DNA of 64,000 nucleotides, taken from positions 1,504,001 to 1,568,000 of the forward strand of contig CAVPPB010000003.1 of assembly GCA_963707215.1 (NCBI GenBank). Reading direction: 5' to 3'. Each line of letters opens with the position of its first letter. Position 1 is the first letter of the stretch. Made by a program: the position numbers and the translations under genes. The notes beneath the pieces were generated by a model that was not told where the DNA came from, searched no databases, and worked only from the letters and a program-made list of their open reading frames with translations. This DNA comes from an uncultured Chloroflexia bacterium. Lineage in GTDB: Bacteria > Chloroflexota > Limnocylindria > Limnocylindrales > CSP1-4. This document shows positions 36,574 to 47,837 of this stretch, in pieces.

Positions 36574-36936
36574 TCAGCGACCGCCGGTCGCCAGCTCGGC
36601 CAGACGGATCTCCACCACCCGGCGCACGAGGTCACGCGGGATCGGCCGATCGAGGGCGAAGCGGACCGTCGCCTTCCCGGCGAGGTAGGCGTCGAGCTCC
36701 TCGCCCAGCGCATCGCGAACGGCCCGACTGGCCGGGAACAGGCTGCAGTGCCGGGCGAACGCCGCGTACGACACGAGCATCCGGCCATCCTGCTTGAGCG
36801 TCGGGATCTGGTAGCTGATCACCTCGGTCGCGTCTGGCGCGGCGTCCCGGATCGCTCCCCGGAGCTCCTCGAGGACGGCTCGCGACGCGGCCGGAAGATC
36901 GGCCAGGTATGCCTCGACGCTCGACGGTCTGGTCAT
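36574..36936 (-). CDS. DUF1801 / YdhG-like protein
   Basis: VEAYLA...LRGAIRDAAPDATEVISYQIP...GKATVRF...IP. Confidence 0.85.
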   Translation of the reverse strand: MTRPSSVEAYLADLPAASRAVLEELRGAIRDAAPDATEVISYQIPTLKQDGRMLVSYAAFARHCSLFPASRAVRDALGEELDAYLAGKATVRFALDRPIPRDLVRRVVEIRLAELATGGR

Positions 36937-37012
36937 CTGCTCCCCTTCAGCGCCGCCGGGTGCGGGGAGCGGTCCGAGGACCTGACCGCCCGAAGGTTGG
37001 CCGGCAGCGCGA

Positions 37013-37792
37013 TCAGCTGAGCCGGACGGCCGGGGGCCCCTCGGGCGCATCGACCGGCAGCACCATGACCCATCTCCCGGAGAGCGTCGAGGTGAGCCAC
37101 CGGGCGGAGGATGAGCCGGTGCCACGAGCGACGAACTGGCGCCCGACGGCCTCGAGCGACTGGAGCTTGCCCGGCTTGGGACTGGGGCCCCAGGTCGCCG
37201 ACCCATGCGGGTAGAGCGGATCGAGGACATAGGCGCCCGTGACGGTGAAGTCATCCGTACGCATCGGATCGGCCGTGGCCTGGAAGCCGCTCATCACCCA
37301 GGCGTGGCGACCGCGCCAGACCAGCAGCCCGACCGGCCGGCCGGTGGCCGCGATCGAGCGGGCCGCCATCCGCATCGCCTCGTCCAGGGACTCGGCGCCG
37401 ACGAGCCGGTACGGACCGTAGCCAAGGTGGTTCAGGCCGGCCGTCCAGCCCCGGACGGACGCCCCCTGTCGCTCGCGGCCGGTCCGGCTCGGCCCCGACA
37501 GCGTCCGCGCAAGCCGCTGGAGCTCGAGCTGGCGGGCGGCGGTCCGATCGTCCCGGGAGCCGACGATGTTGGCCATCATCTGCATGCTCGCGCCGACACA
37601 CTGGACGAAGTTGGTCTGGGCCACGTAGTCGCCGCTCATCGCGATGTCGAGGGCGAAGCGATCCGCTGCCAGGGCGCCGGACGGGGCGACGATCCCGGCC
37701 GCGAGGGCGAAGGCCAGAAGGGCGGCCACGGCTCGGCCCGGGCGGGCCTGGTCAGCGATGCGGGGGCGGTGCCGGGGGGGACGGTCGTTCAT
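37013..37792 (-). CDS. Secreted protein with C39-like papain-fold peptidase domain
   Basis: Signal peptide; QTNFVQCVGASMQM (Q-x5-C), GRHAWVM (His), VLDP (Asp). Confidence 0.65.
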   Translation of the reverse strand: MNDRPPRHRPRIADQARPGRAVAALLAFALAAGIVAPSGALAADRFALDIAMSGDYVAQTNFVQCVGASMQMMANIVGSRDDRTAARQLELQRLARTLSGPSRTGRERQGASVRGWTAGLNHLGYGPYRLVGAESLDEAMRMAARSIAATGRPVGLLVWRGRHAWVMSGFQATADPMRTDDFTVTGAYVLDPLYPHGSATWGPSPKPGKLQSLEAVGRQFVARGTGSSSARWLTSTLSGRWVMVLPVDAPEGPPAVRLS

Positions 37793-37858
37793 CGGGGTCG
37801 CCTGCAGGTGCCGAGTGTCGCCCAGGCTCGTTGCGCCGTCAACCGCTGCCCGCCCATG

Positions 37859-38632
37859 TCAGTTCCTCGCCACCAGCGCGAGGGTCGGATCGGGTCGCAC
37901 GACGCGCAGCCCTCGGTCCAGGTAGATGACCTCGCGCGCCAGCAGGCCCGCCAGCGCCTCCAGCCGCGCCTCGGCGGTCGGGGCTTCGAGCAGCGCCTGG
38001 CGATGGACCGGATCCACCTCGACGATCCCGGCCAGGAGGTGCGACAGCAGGAGCGGGTCGGCGGGCATCGCGAGATCCGAGCGGCCGTCCTGGTCGGCGG
38101 GCGACCCGGCCGGGTCGGGATCGGGGGCGGCGGGACGACGCGATGGGGCGCTCGTCCCGCTGCGTCGACCCGCGGAGGGCGATGGATCGGGTCCCGACTC
38201 GGGCTCGTCGAGGAGGACCCGGACGCCGTCGACGTAGCGAACGAAACGACGGGTCACCAGGCGCACCAGGGAGGCCGCGCGTCGCTCGTCCCCGACCACC
38301 TCGTCGAGCGGCTCGACCGTCGCCGTCAGGTACGGCTCGCTGACCGTGTCGACGGCCAGGACCCGGAAGCGCTCGACGCCGACGGTGACGATGTCGTAGC
38401 GCCCGTCGGAGTAGCGGTCGGCCTCGCGTATCTCGGCCAGCGTGCCCACGGCGGCCACGGCCAGGTCGGTCGAGCCGACCTCCCGGCCGTCGCGGATCCA
38501 GACGACCCCGAACGGTCGATCCTCCGCGAGGCAGCGGCCGACCATCAACCGATACCGCGGCTCGAAGATGTGGAGCGGCAGGGCCACTCCCGGGCAGAGG
38601 ACCGTGTGGAGGGGGAAGAGCGGGATCTCCAT
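37859..38632 (-). CDS. Stand-alone LON substrate-binding (N-terminal) domain protein
   Basis: IPLFPLHTVLCPG..LPLHIFEPRYRLMV; DGRY; no AAA or protease domain. Confidence 0.88.
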   Translation of the reverse strand: MEIPLFPLHTVLCPGVALPLHIFEPRYRLMVGRCLAEDRPFGVVWIRDGREVGSTDLAVAAVGTLAEIREADRYSDGRYDIVTVGVERFRVLAVDTVSEPYLTATVEPLDEVVGDERRAASLVRLVTRRFVRYVDGVRVLLDEPESGPDPSPSAGRRSGTSAPSRRPAAPDPDPAGSPADQDGRSDLAMPADPLLLSHLLAGIVEVDPVHRQALLEAPTAEARLEALAGLLAREVIYLDRGLRVVRPDPTLALVARN

Positions 38633-38779
38633 CACCACCAGGGATACGTGCGAGACACGCGTCGGGATGAGCCTGCCGCATCCGGCGCGACGATCGGCCG
38701 GGCAAGCACAGTGCCGCCGGCTGGGCCGACGGCACTCGGGTCCGCGACGGACGGCCGCGGCATGGCCGTCACCCCGTTC

Positions 38780-39160
38780 CTAGTGGGCGCAGCTCCGGGG
38801 CGAACCGGCCTCATCGGCGGTGCGGAAGCTCGAGCCGCAGCCACAGGCCGCGACCGCGTTCGGGTTGTTCACGGTGAAGCCGGCGCCCATGAGCGTGTCG
38901 ACATAGTCGATCTCGGACCCGGTCAGGTACTGGACGCTGTTCTGATCGACGTAGACCCGGATCCCGCTCGCCTGGAGGACCTGGTCGTCGGCTGTGGGAG
39001 CGTCCTCGAGCATCATCCCGTAGCGATAGCCGCTGCAGCCGCCGCTGTAGACGTAGACCCGAAGGCCGACGTCCGGGTTCGTCTCTTCCTTCGTCAGCTC
39101 GCGAAGCTTCGCGGCCGCAGCGTCGGTGAGGCTGACCACGGTGGTCTGCGGGTCGATCAT
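38780..39160 (-). CDS. A-type Fe-S carrier (HesB/IscA/ErpA family)
   Basis: GGCSGY...NPNA...CGCGSSF; SD aaggagg. Confidence 0.95.
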   Translation of the reverse strand: MIDPQTTVVSLTDAAAAKLRELTKEETNPDVGLRVYVYSGGCSGYRYGMMLEDAPTADDQVLQASGIRVYVDQNSVQYLTGSEIDYVDTLMGAGFTVNNPNAVAACGCGSSFRTADEAGSPRSCAH

Positions 39161-39317
39161 GCGGGCTCGTCCTCCTTCGGACGGGGATGCGGCGAGCGCC
39201 GGCGGCGGCGCGTGGACGGTCGGGGCTCGGACCGACCGGAGCATCGTACGCAGCGCAATCGATTCCGACAAGCACCCTGTCTAGACGGGTCGACGACCCA
39301 GCGGTGCGGCGGCCGGG

Positions 39318-40547
<1,230 letters not shown>

Positions 40548-40569
40548 CGGTTCGCTCCCGGCTGGAAGG

Positions 40570-41130
40570 TCAGCGGATCCCCTGGAGGGCGGCGGCGGCA
40601 AGGTCCGGGTCGGGGCTCTGGACGACGTACATGGTGTCGGGTCGGGCGATCGGGATGTAGACGTAGACGGTGCCTGCCTCGAGGGAGGCGTCCTCGACCT
40701 GGACGACCGGCTTGCCGCCGACGTTGGTGTTCGTTACGGTCGGATCCGGCAGCCCGCCGGCCCACTCGTTGACGACGAGGCTCAGCTGGCCCTGGGTCCC
40801 GGCCAGCCGGAGCGCCACGATCCGAAGCTCGGTCGTGCCGTCCGCCGGCGCGGCCTCGGCAAGCTCGGCATCCGCGGGCAGCAGGTTGGCGTTGTTGAGC
40901 CGGGCGATGAGGTCAGCGTAGGCCGGGTCGGCCTCGACGTCGGCGGCGGAGATGCTGCGCTTCTCCATGGCCACGCCGTCGACCTCGTCCGGCAGGGAGG
41001 CGGCCAGGTCCGTGGGGCCCGGCGCCTCCGAGGCCGGGACGGGCGTCGCGCTCGCTCCGCAGGCGGCCACGAGCAGGGTGATGACGATGAGCACGGCCAG
41101 CGGCGCCGGGAGGGCGCGGATCCGATGCAC
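40570..41130 (-). CDS. Hypothetical lipoprotein
   Basis: LLVAAC lipobox; SD gagga. Confidence 0.7.
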   Translation of the reverse strand: MHRIRALPAPLAVLIVITLLVAACGASATPVPASEAPGPTDLAASLPDEVDGVAMEKRSISAADVEADPAYADLIARLNNANLLPADAELAEAAPADGTTELRIVALRLAGTQGQLSLVVNEWAGGLPDPTVTNTNVGGKPVVQVEDASLEAGTVYVYIPIARPDTMYVVQSPDPDLAAAALQGIR

Positions 41131-41242
41131 GGGTGGGTCCTCGGTACGAAGCGGGTGCGGCGGCGATGGTAGCCCATCCGCCGGGGGTGGACGGAAGGTC
41201 CGGATGGACCCCGGACGGATGGTCGAGCCGCGGGGGATCGAC

Positions 41243-41956
41243 TCAGCCCTGGAACGGCACCAGGTGGCCCGCGGCCAGCTCGAAGGTCCGCCGCTCGATC
41301 GGTTCGTCGGCATCGCCCGCCTGCTCCAGGACGAAGGACGCGAAGAGGGCGGCGAACTCGTCGTCGCCGGGCCGCAGCCCGGCGGCGATCAGGAGGTGCC
41401 GATCCGGCAGACCCACGAGGACCCGGCCGACCGAGCCCAGCTCGGCCACGAGGTGGTCGAGGGTATCCGGGAGGATGATCCGACTGGCGTCCCATCCGTC
41501 GCCGGTCTGCGACGACAGGAGACGATGGTCCTCCGATCGCTCGTCGGACCAGGCCGCCCCGGCCGCCCAGGTCGCCAGGTTCGCCAGGGCCGCGTCCTGG
41601 AGGGCCTCGGTGACGATCCCCCAGGACAGCAGGTGATCCGCGTTGACCAGGATGTCGAAGCCGTCGGAGGTCATGGCGTAGACCACGGCGAGCCCACCAG
41701 GACCCTCGTCGACGAGCGGCTGGGCGTGCGTCTTGAGGCCCTCGGCGGCCAGGGCGGCCGGATCGAGGCCCACGACCGACGTACCGGCCGTCCCGGCGGG
41801 CCGGAGGAGCGGGAAGATCCGGCTGCGGGCTGCCTCCCAGTCGTGCTCGGGGGCGTCGGCGAGCGAGACCTCGCTCGAGGGCCACGGTCCCGGCCGATGG
41901 CCGCTCACGGGGGCGTCCGGATCGGGCCGCGGCGACCCGCGAGTCGGCTCGTCCAC
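41243..41956 (-). CDS. DUF1444/YtpQ-like protein
   Basis: IFPLLRP...LAVVYA...ALANL...DGWDASRIILP...VGLPDRHLL; SD gaggga. Confidence 0.6.
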   Translation of the reverse strand: MDEPTRGSPRPDPDAPVSGHRPGPWPSSEVSLADAPEHDWEAARSRIFPLLRPAGTAGTSVVGLDPAALAAEGLKTHAQPLVDEGPGGLAVVYAMTSDGFDILVNADHLLSWGIVTEALQDAALANLATWAAGAAWSDERSEDHRLLSSQTGDGWDASRIILPDTLDHLVAELGSVGRVLVGLPDRHLLIAAGLRPGDDEFAALFASFVLEQAGDADEPIERRTFELAAGHLVPFQG

Positions 41957-41979
41957 GCCGTCCCTCCTTCCGGCCGCGC

Positions 41980-42795
41980 TCAGCGGCCCTGCCAGCTCGG
42001 CGGTCGCTTCTCGGTGAACGCGGCCATGCCCTCCGCCTGATCCTCGGTCGCGAAGAGAGCGGCGAAGCGTCGGCGCTCGTCGGCGATCCCGGCGGCCAAC
42101 GAGCCCTCGTAGGCGGCGACGACGGCCTGCTTGGCGGCCCGGACCGCGAGCGGCGCCTTGGCCGCGATCCGCTCGGCGAGCTCGACCGCCACCTCCAGCG
42201 TCCGCTCCGCCGGGACCACCGACGTGACGAGACCGAGCCGCTCCGCCTCGGCGGCGTCGAAGCGGCGCCCGGTCAGGATCAGCTCCATCGCCCGGGCCTT
42301 GCCGACCGCCCTGACCAGCCGCTGCGTCCCGCCGGCCCCGGGGATGATCCCGAGGTCGATCTCCGGTTGACCGAAGACGGCATCGTCGCCGGCCACGACG
42401 AGGTCGCAGGCCATCGCCAGCTCGCAGCCGCCGCCGAGGGCGTAGCCCCGGACCGCCGCGACGATCGGCAGACCGATCCGGTCGATCCGCCCCCAGGCGG
42501 CGAAACCGTCCCCCTCCATGATCGTCTCCGGCGTCTGGGCGGCCAGCTCCCGGATGTCCGCCCCGGCGGCGAAGGCCCTGGTCCCGCCGCCGGTGAGGAC
42601 GATGCAGCGGACGCGTCCGTCCTCGTCGAGCCGCTCCAGGGCCGTGGCGAGCTCGTCGAGGAGCTCGAAGCTCAGGGCGTTGAAGGCGGCTCGCCGCTCG
42701 AAGACGACGAGGGCGACGCCGTCGGCGGGCGCGTCGGGGCGCGAGGGATGCGGGGCCGGCACTTCGACGCGGACCAGTGGGCCGGGTTCGCTCAC
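41980..42795 (-). CDS. Enoyl-CoA hydratase (PaaF-like)
   Basis: AFAAGADI, ALGGGCELA, FGQPEI.LGIIPGAGGTQRL, EGMAAFTEKR. Confidence 0.93.
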   Translation of the reverse strand: MSEPGPLVRVEVPAPHPSRPDAPADGVALVVFERRAAFNALSFELLDELATALERLDEDGRVRCIVLTGGGTRAFAAGADIRELAAQTPETIMEGDGFAAWGRIDRIGLPIVAAVRGYALGGGCELAMACDLVVAGDDAVFGQPEIDLGIIPGAGGTQRLVRAVGKARAMELILTGRRFDAAEAERLGLVTSVVPAERTLEVAVELAERIAAKAPLAVRAAKQAVVAAYEGSLAAGIADERRRFAALFATEDQAEGMAAFTEKRPPSWQGR

Positions 42796-43784
42796 GTCGT
42801 CTCCTCGCGCGGATCACCAGTATCGCCGACCGGAGCGACGGACGGCGAGTCGGCGAGCCAGCCGAGGTCCGCGGTCGCCCCAGGCGCGTCGTCGGTGCCG
42901 CCGCGGGCCGCCGTCATCGGCCCGGCCCCGTGGGCGGGATCGAAGGGTCGGGGCCGGCGATCGGCCTGTCCGGCGGCAGCCGATGCCCGCGTCGCCGCCA
43001 CCGCCTCGGTCGAGCGGTAGAACCCGGCGAGCGCCTCGTTGAACAGGGCTGGGCGACGGACCTGGGCCTCGTGGCCCGCCCCGGGCACGACGAGCAGCCG
43101 GCTGTCGGGCAGTTGGCGGGCCAGCGCCCAGGCCTGGTCGACCGGGGCGAACGGATCGCGGTCGCCGACCACGACCAGGCTGGGGCAGTCGATCGCCCGC
43201 AGGGCCCGCGGCTCCGGCAGCGGCTGGCGGGCCACGTCGCCGGCGATGGCTGGCAGCAGACGCCGCCAGGCGCCCTCGCCCTGGGTCGGATCGTGGCGAC
43301 GGGCGAGGTCCCGCGCCCAGGCCGGGTCGTGGGCCTCGATCCGCTCGGGATCCATCAGGCGACGAGCGACGCTCGCCCGTGGCTCACGCCCCAGGCCGGC
43401 CCCGACGACGACGAGCGTGCGGACCCGCTCCGGCCGACGGGCGGAGAAGCCCAGGGCCGTGAAGGCGCCCATGGAGAAGCCCAGGAGGTGGCAGCTGGCG
43501 AGGCCCAGGGCGTCGACGAACGCCTCGAGGTCATCGACGAGCCACTCGTACTCGAAGCCGTTCCGGGCGTCCCAGCGGGTCCGCGCGTGACCGCGGGCGT
43601 CGGGCAGCAGCACCCGGAAGCGCTGCGAGAAGAGGGGGACCTGGGCAGCGAAGTCGGCCCGCCCCGCGCTCGTGGCCCCATGGAGCATCACGAGCGGCGG
43701 GCCGTCCCCGGACACGTCGTAGCCGATGCCGAGCCCGCGGGCCTCGATCGTCGCGCTCCGCCACGAGCCGCCCGAGATCGTCAC
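42792..43784 (-). CDS. Alpha/beta hydrolase
   Basis: MLHG, DARGH, GFSMG nucleophile, GDRD, GAGH. Confidence 0.9.
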   Translation of the reverse strand: MTISGGSWRSATIEARGLGIGYDVSGDGPPLVMLHGATSAGRADFAAQVPLFSQRFRVLLPDARGHARTRWDARNGFEYEWLVDDLEAFVDALGLASCHLLGFSMGAFTALGFSARRPERVRTLVVVGAGLGREPRASVARRLMDPERIEAHDPAWARDLARRHDPTQGEGAWRRLLPAIAGDVARQPLPEPRALRAIDCPSLVVVGDRDPFAPVDQAWALARQLPDSRLLVVPGAGHEAQVRRPALFNEALAGFYRSTEAVAATRASAAAGQADRRPRPFDPAHGAGPMTAARGGTDDAPGATADLGWLADSPSVAPVGDTGDPREETT

Positions 43785-43792
43785 GGGCGCCG

Positions 43793-44320
43793 TCAGGCCT
43801 CGGGTCGACCTTCGAGGTCGAGCTCGTGGGATCGCTCGACCCGGAGGTAGCGGCGCCGGTAGTACAGGAGCGGCATCGGGTGGTGCTCCTCGCTGGCCAT
43901 CGCCTCGACACGGCCGATGAAGAGGTCGTGGTCGCCGGCCGGGATGACGTCGACGGTGGAGCACTCGAGGCTGGCGATGGCGCCATCCAGGAGCGGCATG
44001 GCGTGCGGGCCTGGGCGCCAGGCGGCCCCGCAGAAGGCCTCCCGGTCCGGCTCGACCGGGGCGCCGGCGAAGCAGTCCGCAAGCGCCTGTTGGTCCTCGG
44101 CGAGGACGTTGACGGCGAAGCGGCCGGCCGCCCGGACGAGCGGCGTGATGCGGCGCCGGCGATCGAGGGCCACCATGACGAGGGGCGGCTCCAGCGAGAC
44201 CGAGCTGAGGGCGTTGACGGTGATGCCGTGCGGCTGCTCGGCGTCGAGCGTCGTCACCACGGTCACTCCCGTGACGAAGTGGCCCATCACCCTGCGGAAC
44301 GTCTCGCTCGTCGGCCCCAT
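43793..44320 (-). CDS. Flavin reductase (HpaC/RutF-like)
   Basis: FRRVMGHFVTGVTVV, SVSLEPPL, AGDHDLFIG, PLLY. Confidence 0.92.
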   Translation of the reverse strand: MGPTSETFRRVMGHFVTGVTVVTTLDAEQPHGITVNALSSVSLEPPLVMVALDRRRRITPLVRAAGRFAVNVLAEDQQALADCFAGAPVEPDREAFCGAAWRPGPHAMPLLDGAIASLECSTVDVIPAGDHDLFIGRVEAMASEEHHPMPLLYYRRRYLRVERSHELDLEGRPEA

Positions 44321-44513
44321 CCGGGGCAGTCTACGGGCAGTCCGCCCGGTACCGGCGGAGGCACCCGCTCGGGGGGCCGGTGCCCGCTCGCCCCCGGGTG
44401 CCGTCGGTCCACCCGGTCGACGGGCTCCTTGGGCCCACCACGGGCCGACCGGCCCGCCGCCGCCCGGCGGGACGGCCCGATCGGGATCGACCGATGCGTA
44501 GGATGATCGGACC

Positions 44514-45926
44514 ATGAGCGATCCGACCACCCCGGCGACCCGCGTCGAGCGCGACTCCATGGGCGAGATGGAGGTCCCGTCCGACGCCCTCTACGGGGCT
44601 TCCACCCAGCGTGCGGTCCTGAACTTCCCCGTCTCCGGCCAGCGGATGCCGCGCCGTTTCATCGAAGCCCTGGCCCTGGTCAAGCGGGCAGCCGCCGAGA
44701 CCAACGCCGAGCTCGGCCTGCTCGACGCCGCCAAGGCGACCGCCATCGCCCGGGCGGCCCAGGCGGTGGCCGACGGCGGCTACGACGAGCACTTCCCGAT
44801 CGACGTCTATCAGACCGGCTCGGGCACCTCGACGAACATGAACGCCAACGAGGTCATCGCCCACCTCGCGGCGGCCGAGCTCGGCGAGGGGGCCCGGGTC
44901 CATCCCAATGACGACGTCAACATCTGCCAGTCCTCGAACGACGTCATCCCGACCGCCCTCCAGCTCTCCGCCGCCATGGCGATCGAGGCCGACCTGCTGC
45001 CGGCCCTCGAGCGACTCCACACCGCCCTGGTCGCCCGCGAGCAGGAGTTCTGGGGGATCGTCAAGACCGGCCGGACCCACCTCCAGGACGCGACGCCGAT
45101 CCGGTTGGGCCAGGAGTTCCGCGGCTATGCCGGGCAGGTCGAGGAGGCCATCCGACGGGCACGGGCGGCCCAGGCCGAGCTGCTGTCCGTGCCCCTGGGC
45201 GGGACCGCGGTCGGGACCGGCATCAACGCCCATCCGGAGTACGCGCTGCGCACGTGCGCCCGGCTCTCGGGGCTGACGGGGCTCGAGGTCCGCGAGACCG
45301 CGAACCACTTCCATGCCCAGGCGACCGTCGACGCCGCCATCGCCGCCCACGGGGCCCTGCGGTCGATCGCCCTGTCGCTGTGGAAGATCGCCTCGGATAT
45401 CCGGCTCATGGGCATGGGGCCGCGGGCGGGCCTGGCCGAGCTGGCGCTGCCGGCGACCCAGCCCGGCTCGAGCATCATGCCGGGCAAGGTGAACCCGGTC
45501 ATCGTCGAGAGCCTGACGATGGTCGTGGCCCGGGTCGTCGGGAACGATGCGACGGTGGGCTTCGCCCAGACCGGGAGCTTCCTCGAGTTGAACGTGATGC
45601 TCCCCGTTACGGCCGCCGCGATGCTCGAATCGGTCGGCCTGCTGGGACGGGCGACCGGGAACTTCGCAGCCCGCTGCATCGAGGGCCTGGGGGCGACCGA
45701 GCGCGGTCCCCAGCTCGTCGAGCAGGGCCTCATGCTGGCGACGGCGCTCGCTCCGGTCATCGGCTACGACGAGGCCGCCAGGCTGGCCAAGGAGGCCTTC
45801 GCCAGCGGACGGACCATCCGCGAGCTGGCCCTCGAGCGGGGGATCGAGCCCGAGCGGCTCGACGAGCTGCTCGATCCGGCGGCGATGACCGAGCCCGGAC
45901 TCGGCGGGGCGCCGGGCGGCGGCTGA
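44514..45926 (+). CDS. fumC: Class II fumarate hydratase
   Basis: RVERDSMG, QTGSGTSTNMN, SSND, GRTHLQDA, GSSIMPGKVNP. Confidence 0.93.
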   Translation: MSDPTTPATRVERDSMGEMEVPSDALYGASTQRAVLNFPVSGQRMPRRFIEALALVKRAAAETNAELGLLDAAKATAIARAAQAVADGGYDEHFPIDVYQTGSGTSTNMNANEVIAHLAAAELGEGARVHPNDDVNICQSSNDVIPTALQLSAAMAIEADLLPALERLHTALVAREQEFWGIVKTGRTHLQDATPIRLGQEFRGYAGQVEEAIRRARAAQAELLSVPLGGTAVGTGINAHPEYALRTCARLSGLTGLEVRETANHFHAQATVDAAIAAHGALRSIALSLWKIASDIRLMGMGPRAGLAELALPATQPGSSIMPGKVNPVIVESLTMVVARVVGNDATVGFAQTGSFLELNVMLPVTAAAMLESVGLLGRATGNFAARCIEGLGATERGPQLVEQGLMLATALAPVIGYDEAARLAKEAFASGRTIRELALERGIEPERLDELLDPAAMTEPGLGGAPGGG

Positions 45927-46056
45927 TCTTCGGATCCGGACGGGCGGAGTGCGGCCTGGACCTGCCCGCGGACCGGCGCGACCAGCTCGATCAGGCCGGA
46001 CGCGGGCTCCCCGCAGGGGACGCGAGCGTCCCCGAGGCTGGTACGATCGCCGCGCC

Positions 46057-46845
46057 ATGACGTCCACACGACTTTGGGACCGGGCCGGCACGCTGGTCGT
46101 CCGCCGTGACGACGAGGCTGGCCTGCCCGAGATCGCCGCCCTCCCCGGCGACCGCCCGCCGAGCGTCGGCGAGCTCTTCGACTTCATGCGCGACGCCGAG
46201 CTCCGCTTCGGGGCCCTGCGGTTGCGCATCGAGGACCGGACCCGGGGCACGACCGGCGAGCGGCTCGAGGTGATCGACACCCTGCTCCGCCATCCAGGCG
46301 ACGCGAGGGTCACGACCGCCGACCCCAGCCTGGGGACCTCAGCCAACTACGAGGTCTGGATCTCCGACGGCGAGACCGTCCGGACCTACGCCGCTCGCCA
46401 TCGCCTGGGGACCCGACGCCCCGTCCGTCACCGCGTCGCGGACCTCGACAGCGGCGACCTCCCGGGGATGTCGCGGGTCTATGAGCCGCGCACGGCCCTG
46501 CCGATGGAGACGCTCCCCGACACCTTCGTCCACCCGGCCGGCTTCTGTCAGAACGTGCTGGCGACGGGGCATTGCGAGGTGGTCGGGACGGACGTCGTGG
46601 CCGGCCGCGAGGCGATCGTGCTCGTGGCCGACCATCCGCGAGCGGTCGAGCGCATCGGCGACCGCCCGGACTTCCAGGTGGAGATCGCCGTCGACCGCGA
46701 CACCGGCCTCGTGACCCGGCTCATCGAGCGAATTGGCCAGCGCGAGACCCGGCGAGCCGAGGTGACCTCGCTCCAGCCCGATCCGCCGATCCCGCCGTCG
46801 GCCTTCGAGTTCGAGTTCCCGACCGACACCACGTTCATCTACTAG
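46057..46845 (+). CDS. LolA/RseB-fold-like protein without signal peptide
   Basis: WISDGETVRTY, VVGTDVVAGREA, VDRDTGLV, IPPSAFEFEFP resemble the LolA-like beta-barrel pattern. Confidence 0.55.
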   Translation: MTSTRLWDRAGTLVVRRDDEAGLPEIAALPGDRPPSVGELFDFMRDAELRFGALRLRIEDRTRGTTGERLEVIDTLLRHPGDARVTTADPSLGTSANYEVWISDGETVRTYAARHRLGTRRPVRHRVADLDSGDLPGMSRVYEPRTALPMETLPDTFVHPAGFCQNVLATGHCEVVGTDVVAGREAIVLVADHPRAVERIGDRPDFQVEIAVDRDTGLVTRLIERIGQRETRRAEVTSLQPDPPIPPSAFEFEFPTDTTFIY

Positions 46846-46947
46846 CGCCTCCCGGCTGCGCCTGCGCAAGGGTCCTCCGCGTGCCGGGGCCGGGCGGACT
46901 CGCGAGTCGCCCACCGGACATCCGGCGGATGCGGCCGGACGGCAGGG

Positions 46948-47676
46948 TCATCCCCCGTCGGCACCGCCCAGGGCGGCGAGCCGTACCGCCAGGTCGTCAT
47001 GGCCCTCGGCGGCCGCCAATGCGGCCGCGGTGGCGCCCTCTTCGGTCGGCAGGTCGAGTCGTGCCCCAGCCTGGAGAAGCAGGTCGACGGTCAGCTCGTC
47101 GCCGCTCTGGGCGGCGGCGTGGATGGGCCGGAACCCCCCGGTCTGAGCGGCGTTGACGTCGGCGGCGGCGTCGACGAGCAGGCGGGCGACGGCGAAGGAA
47201 CCGCCGGCGACCGCGCTGTGGAGCGGGTGGACGCCCTGTCCGTTGCGCGACGGGACGTCCGGGTCGGCGCCGTAGGCGAGGAGCAGGTCGGCGACCGCTT
47301 CCGAGCCGAAGAAGGCCGCCAGGTGGAGCGGCGTGTAGCCGTCGATGGACCAGGCCCGGGCCCGCGAGGGGTCCTCGTCCAGGAGCCCGGCCACTCGTCC
47401 GGCCCGACCAGTGGCCGATGCCTCGAAGACATCGAGGGTCGCCTCACCACGAGCCTCCAGCAGGCGGTCCACGATGTCGGATCGGCGGAACGACCAGTAG
47501 CGGGCGACCATCAGCACCGACAGACCATCGCGATCGCGGATCGTCGCGAGGTCCGGGTCGGCGGAGAGCAGACGCGCCACGGTATCGCCCTCGCCGGACT
47601 TCACCGCCACCAGGAACTCGTCCGTACGGTCCACGTGCACCTCGCTGGATGGGGCCGGCATCGTCGGGCCCGCCAC
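46948..47676 (-). CDS. Ankyrin-repeat protein
   Basis: GYTPLHLAAFFG, HPLHSAVAGG, GFRPIHAAAQSG repeats; start uncertain (47676, 47661 or 47638). Confidence 0.9.
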   Translation of the reverse strand: MAGPTMPAPSSEVHVDRTDEFLVAVKSGEGDTVARLLSADPDLATIRDRDGLSVLMVARYWSFRRSDIVDRLLEARGEATLDVFEASATGRAGRVAGLLDEDPSRARAWSIDGYTPLHLAAFFGSEAVADLLLAYGADPDVPSRNGQGVHPLHSAVAGGSFAVARLLVDAAADVNAAQTGGFRPIHAAAQSGDELTVDLLLQAGARLDLPTEEGATAAALAAAEGHDDLAVRLAALGGADGG

Positions 47677-47837
47677 GATGCGGAAAGGATAGTCCCGGCG
47701 CCCCGGCGAGCGGCGGCGGCTGATCGCCCATCCGGTGGGCCGTCGTCGCCGGCGACGTGCCGGGCTGGACGGACTCTGCGAACCTTGTCGTTGACGACGG
47801 GGTCACCGTCGACCGATGCAGGGCAGGAGGTCGGGGC

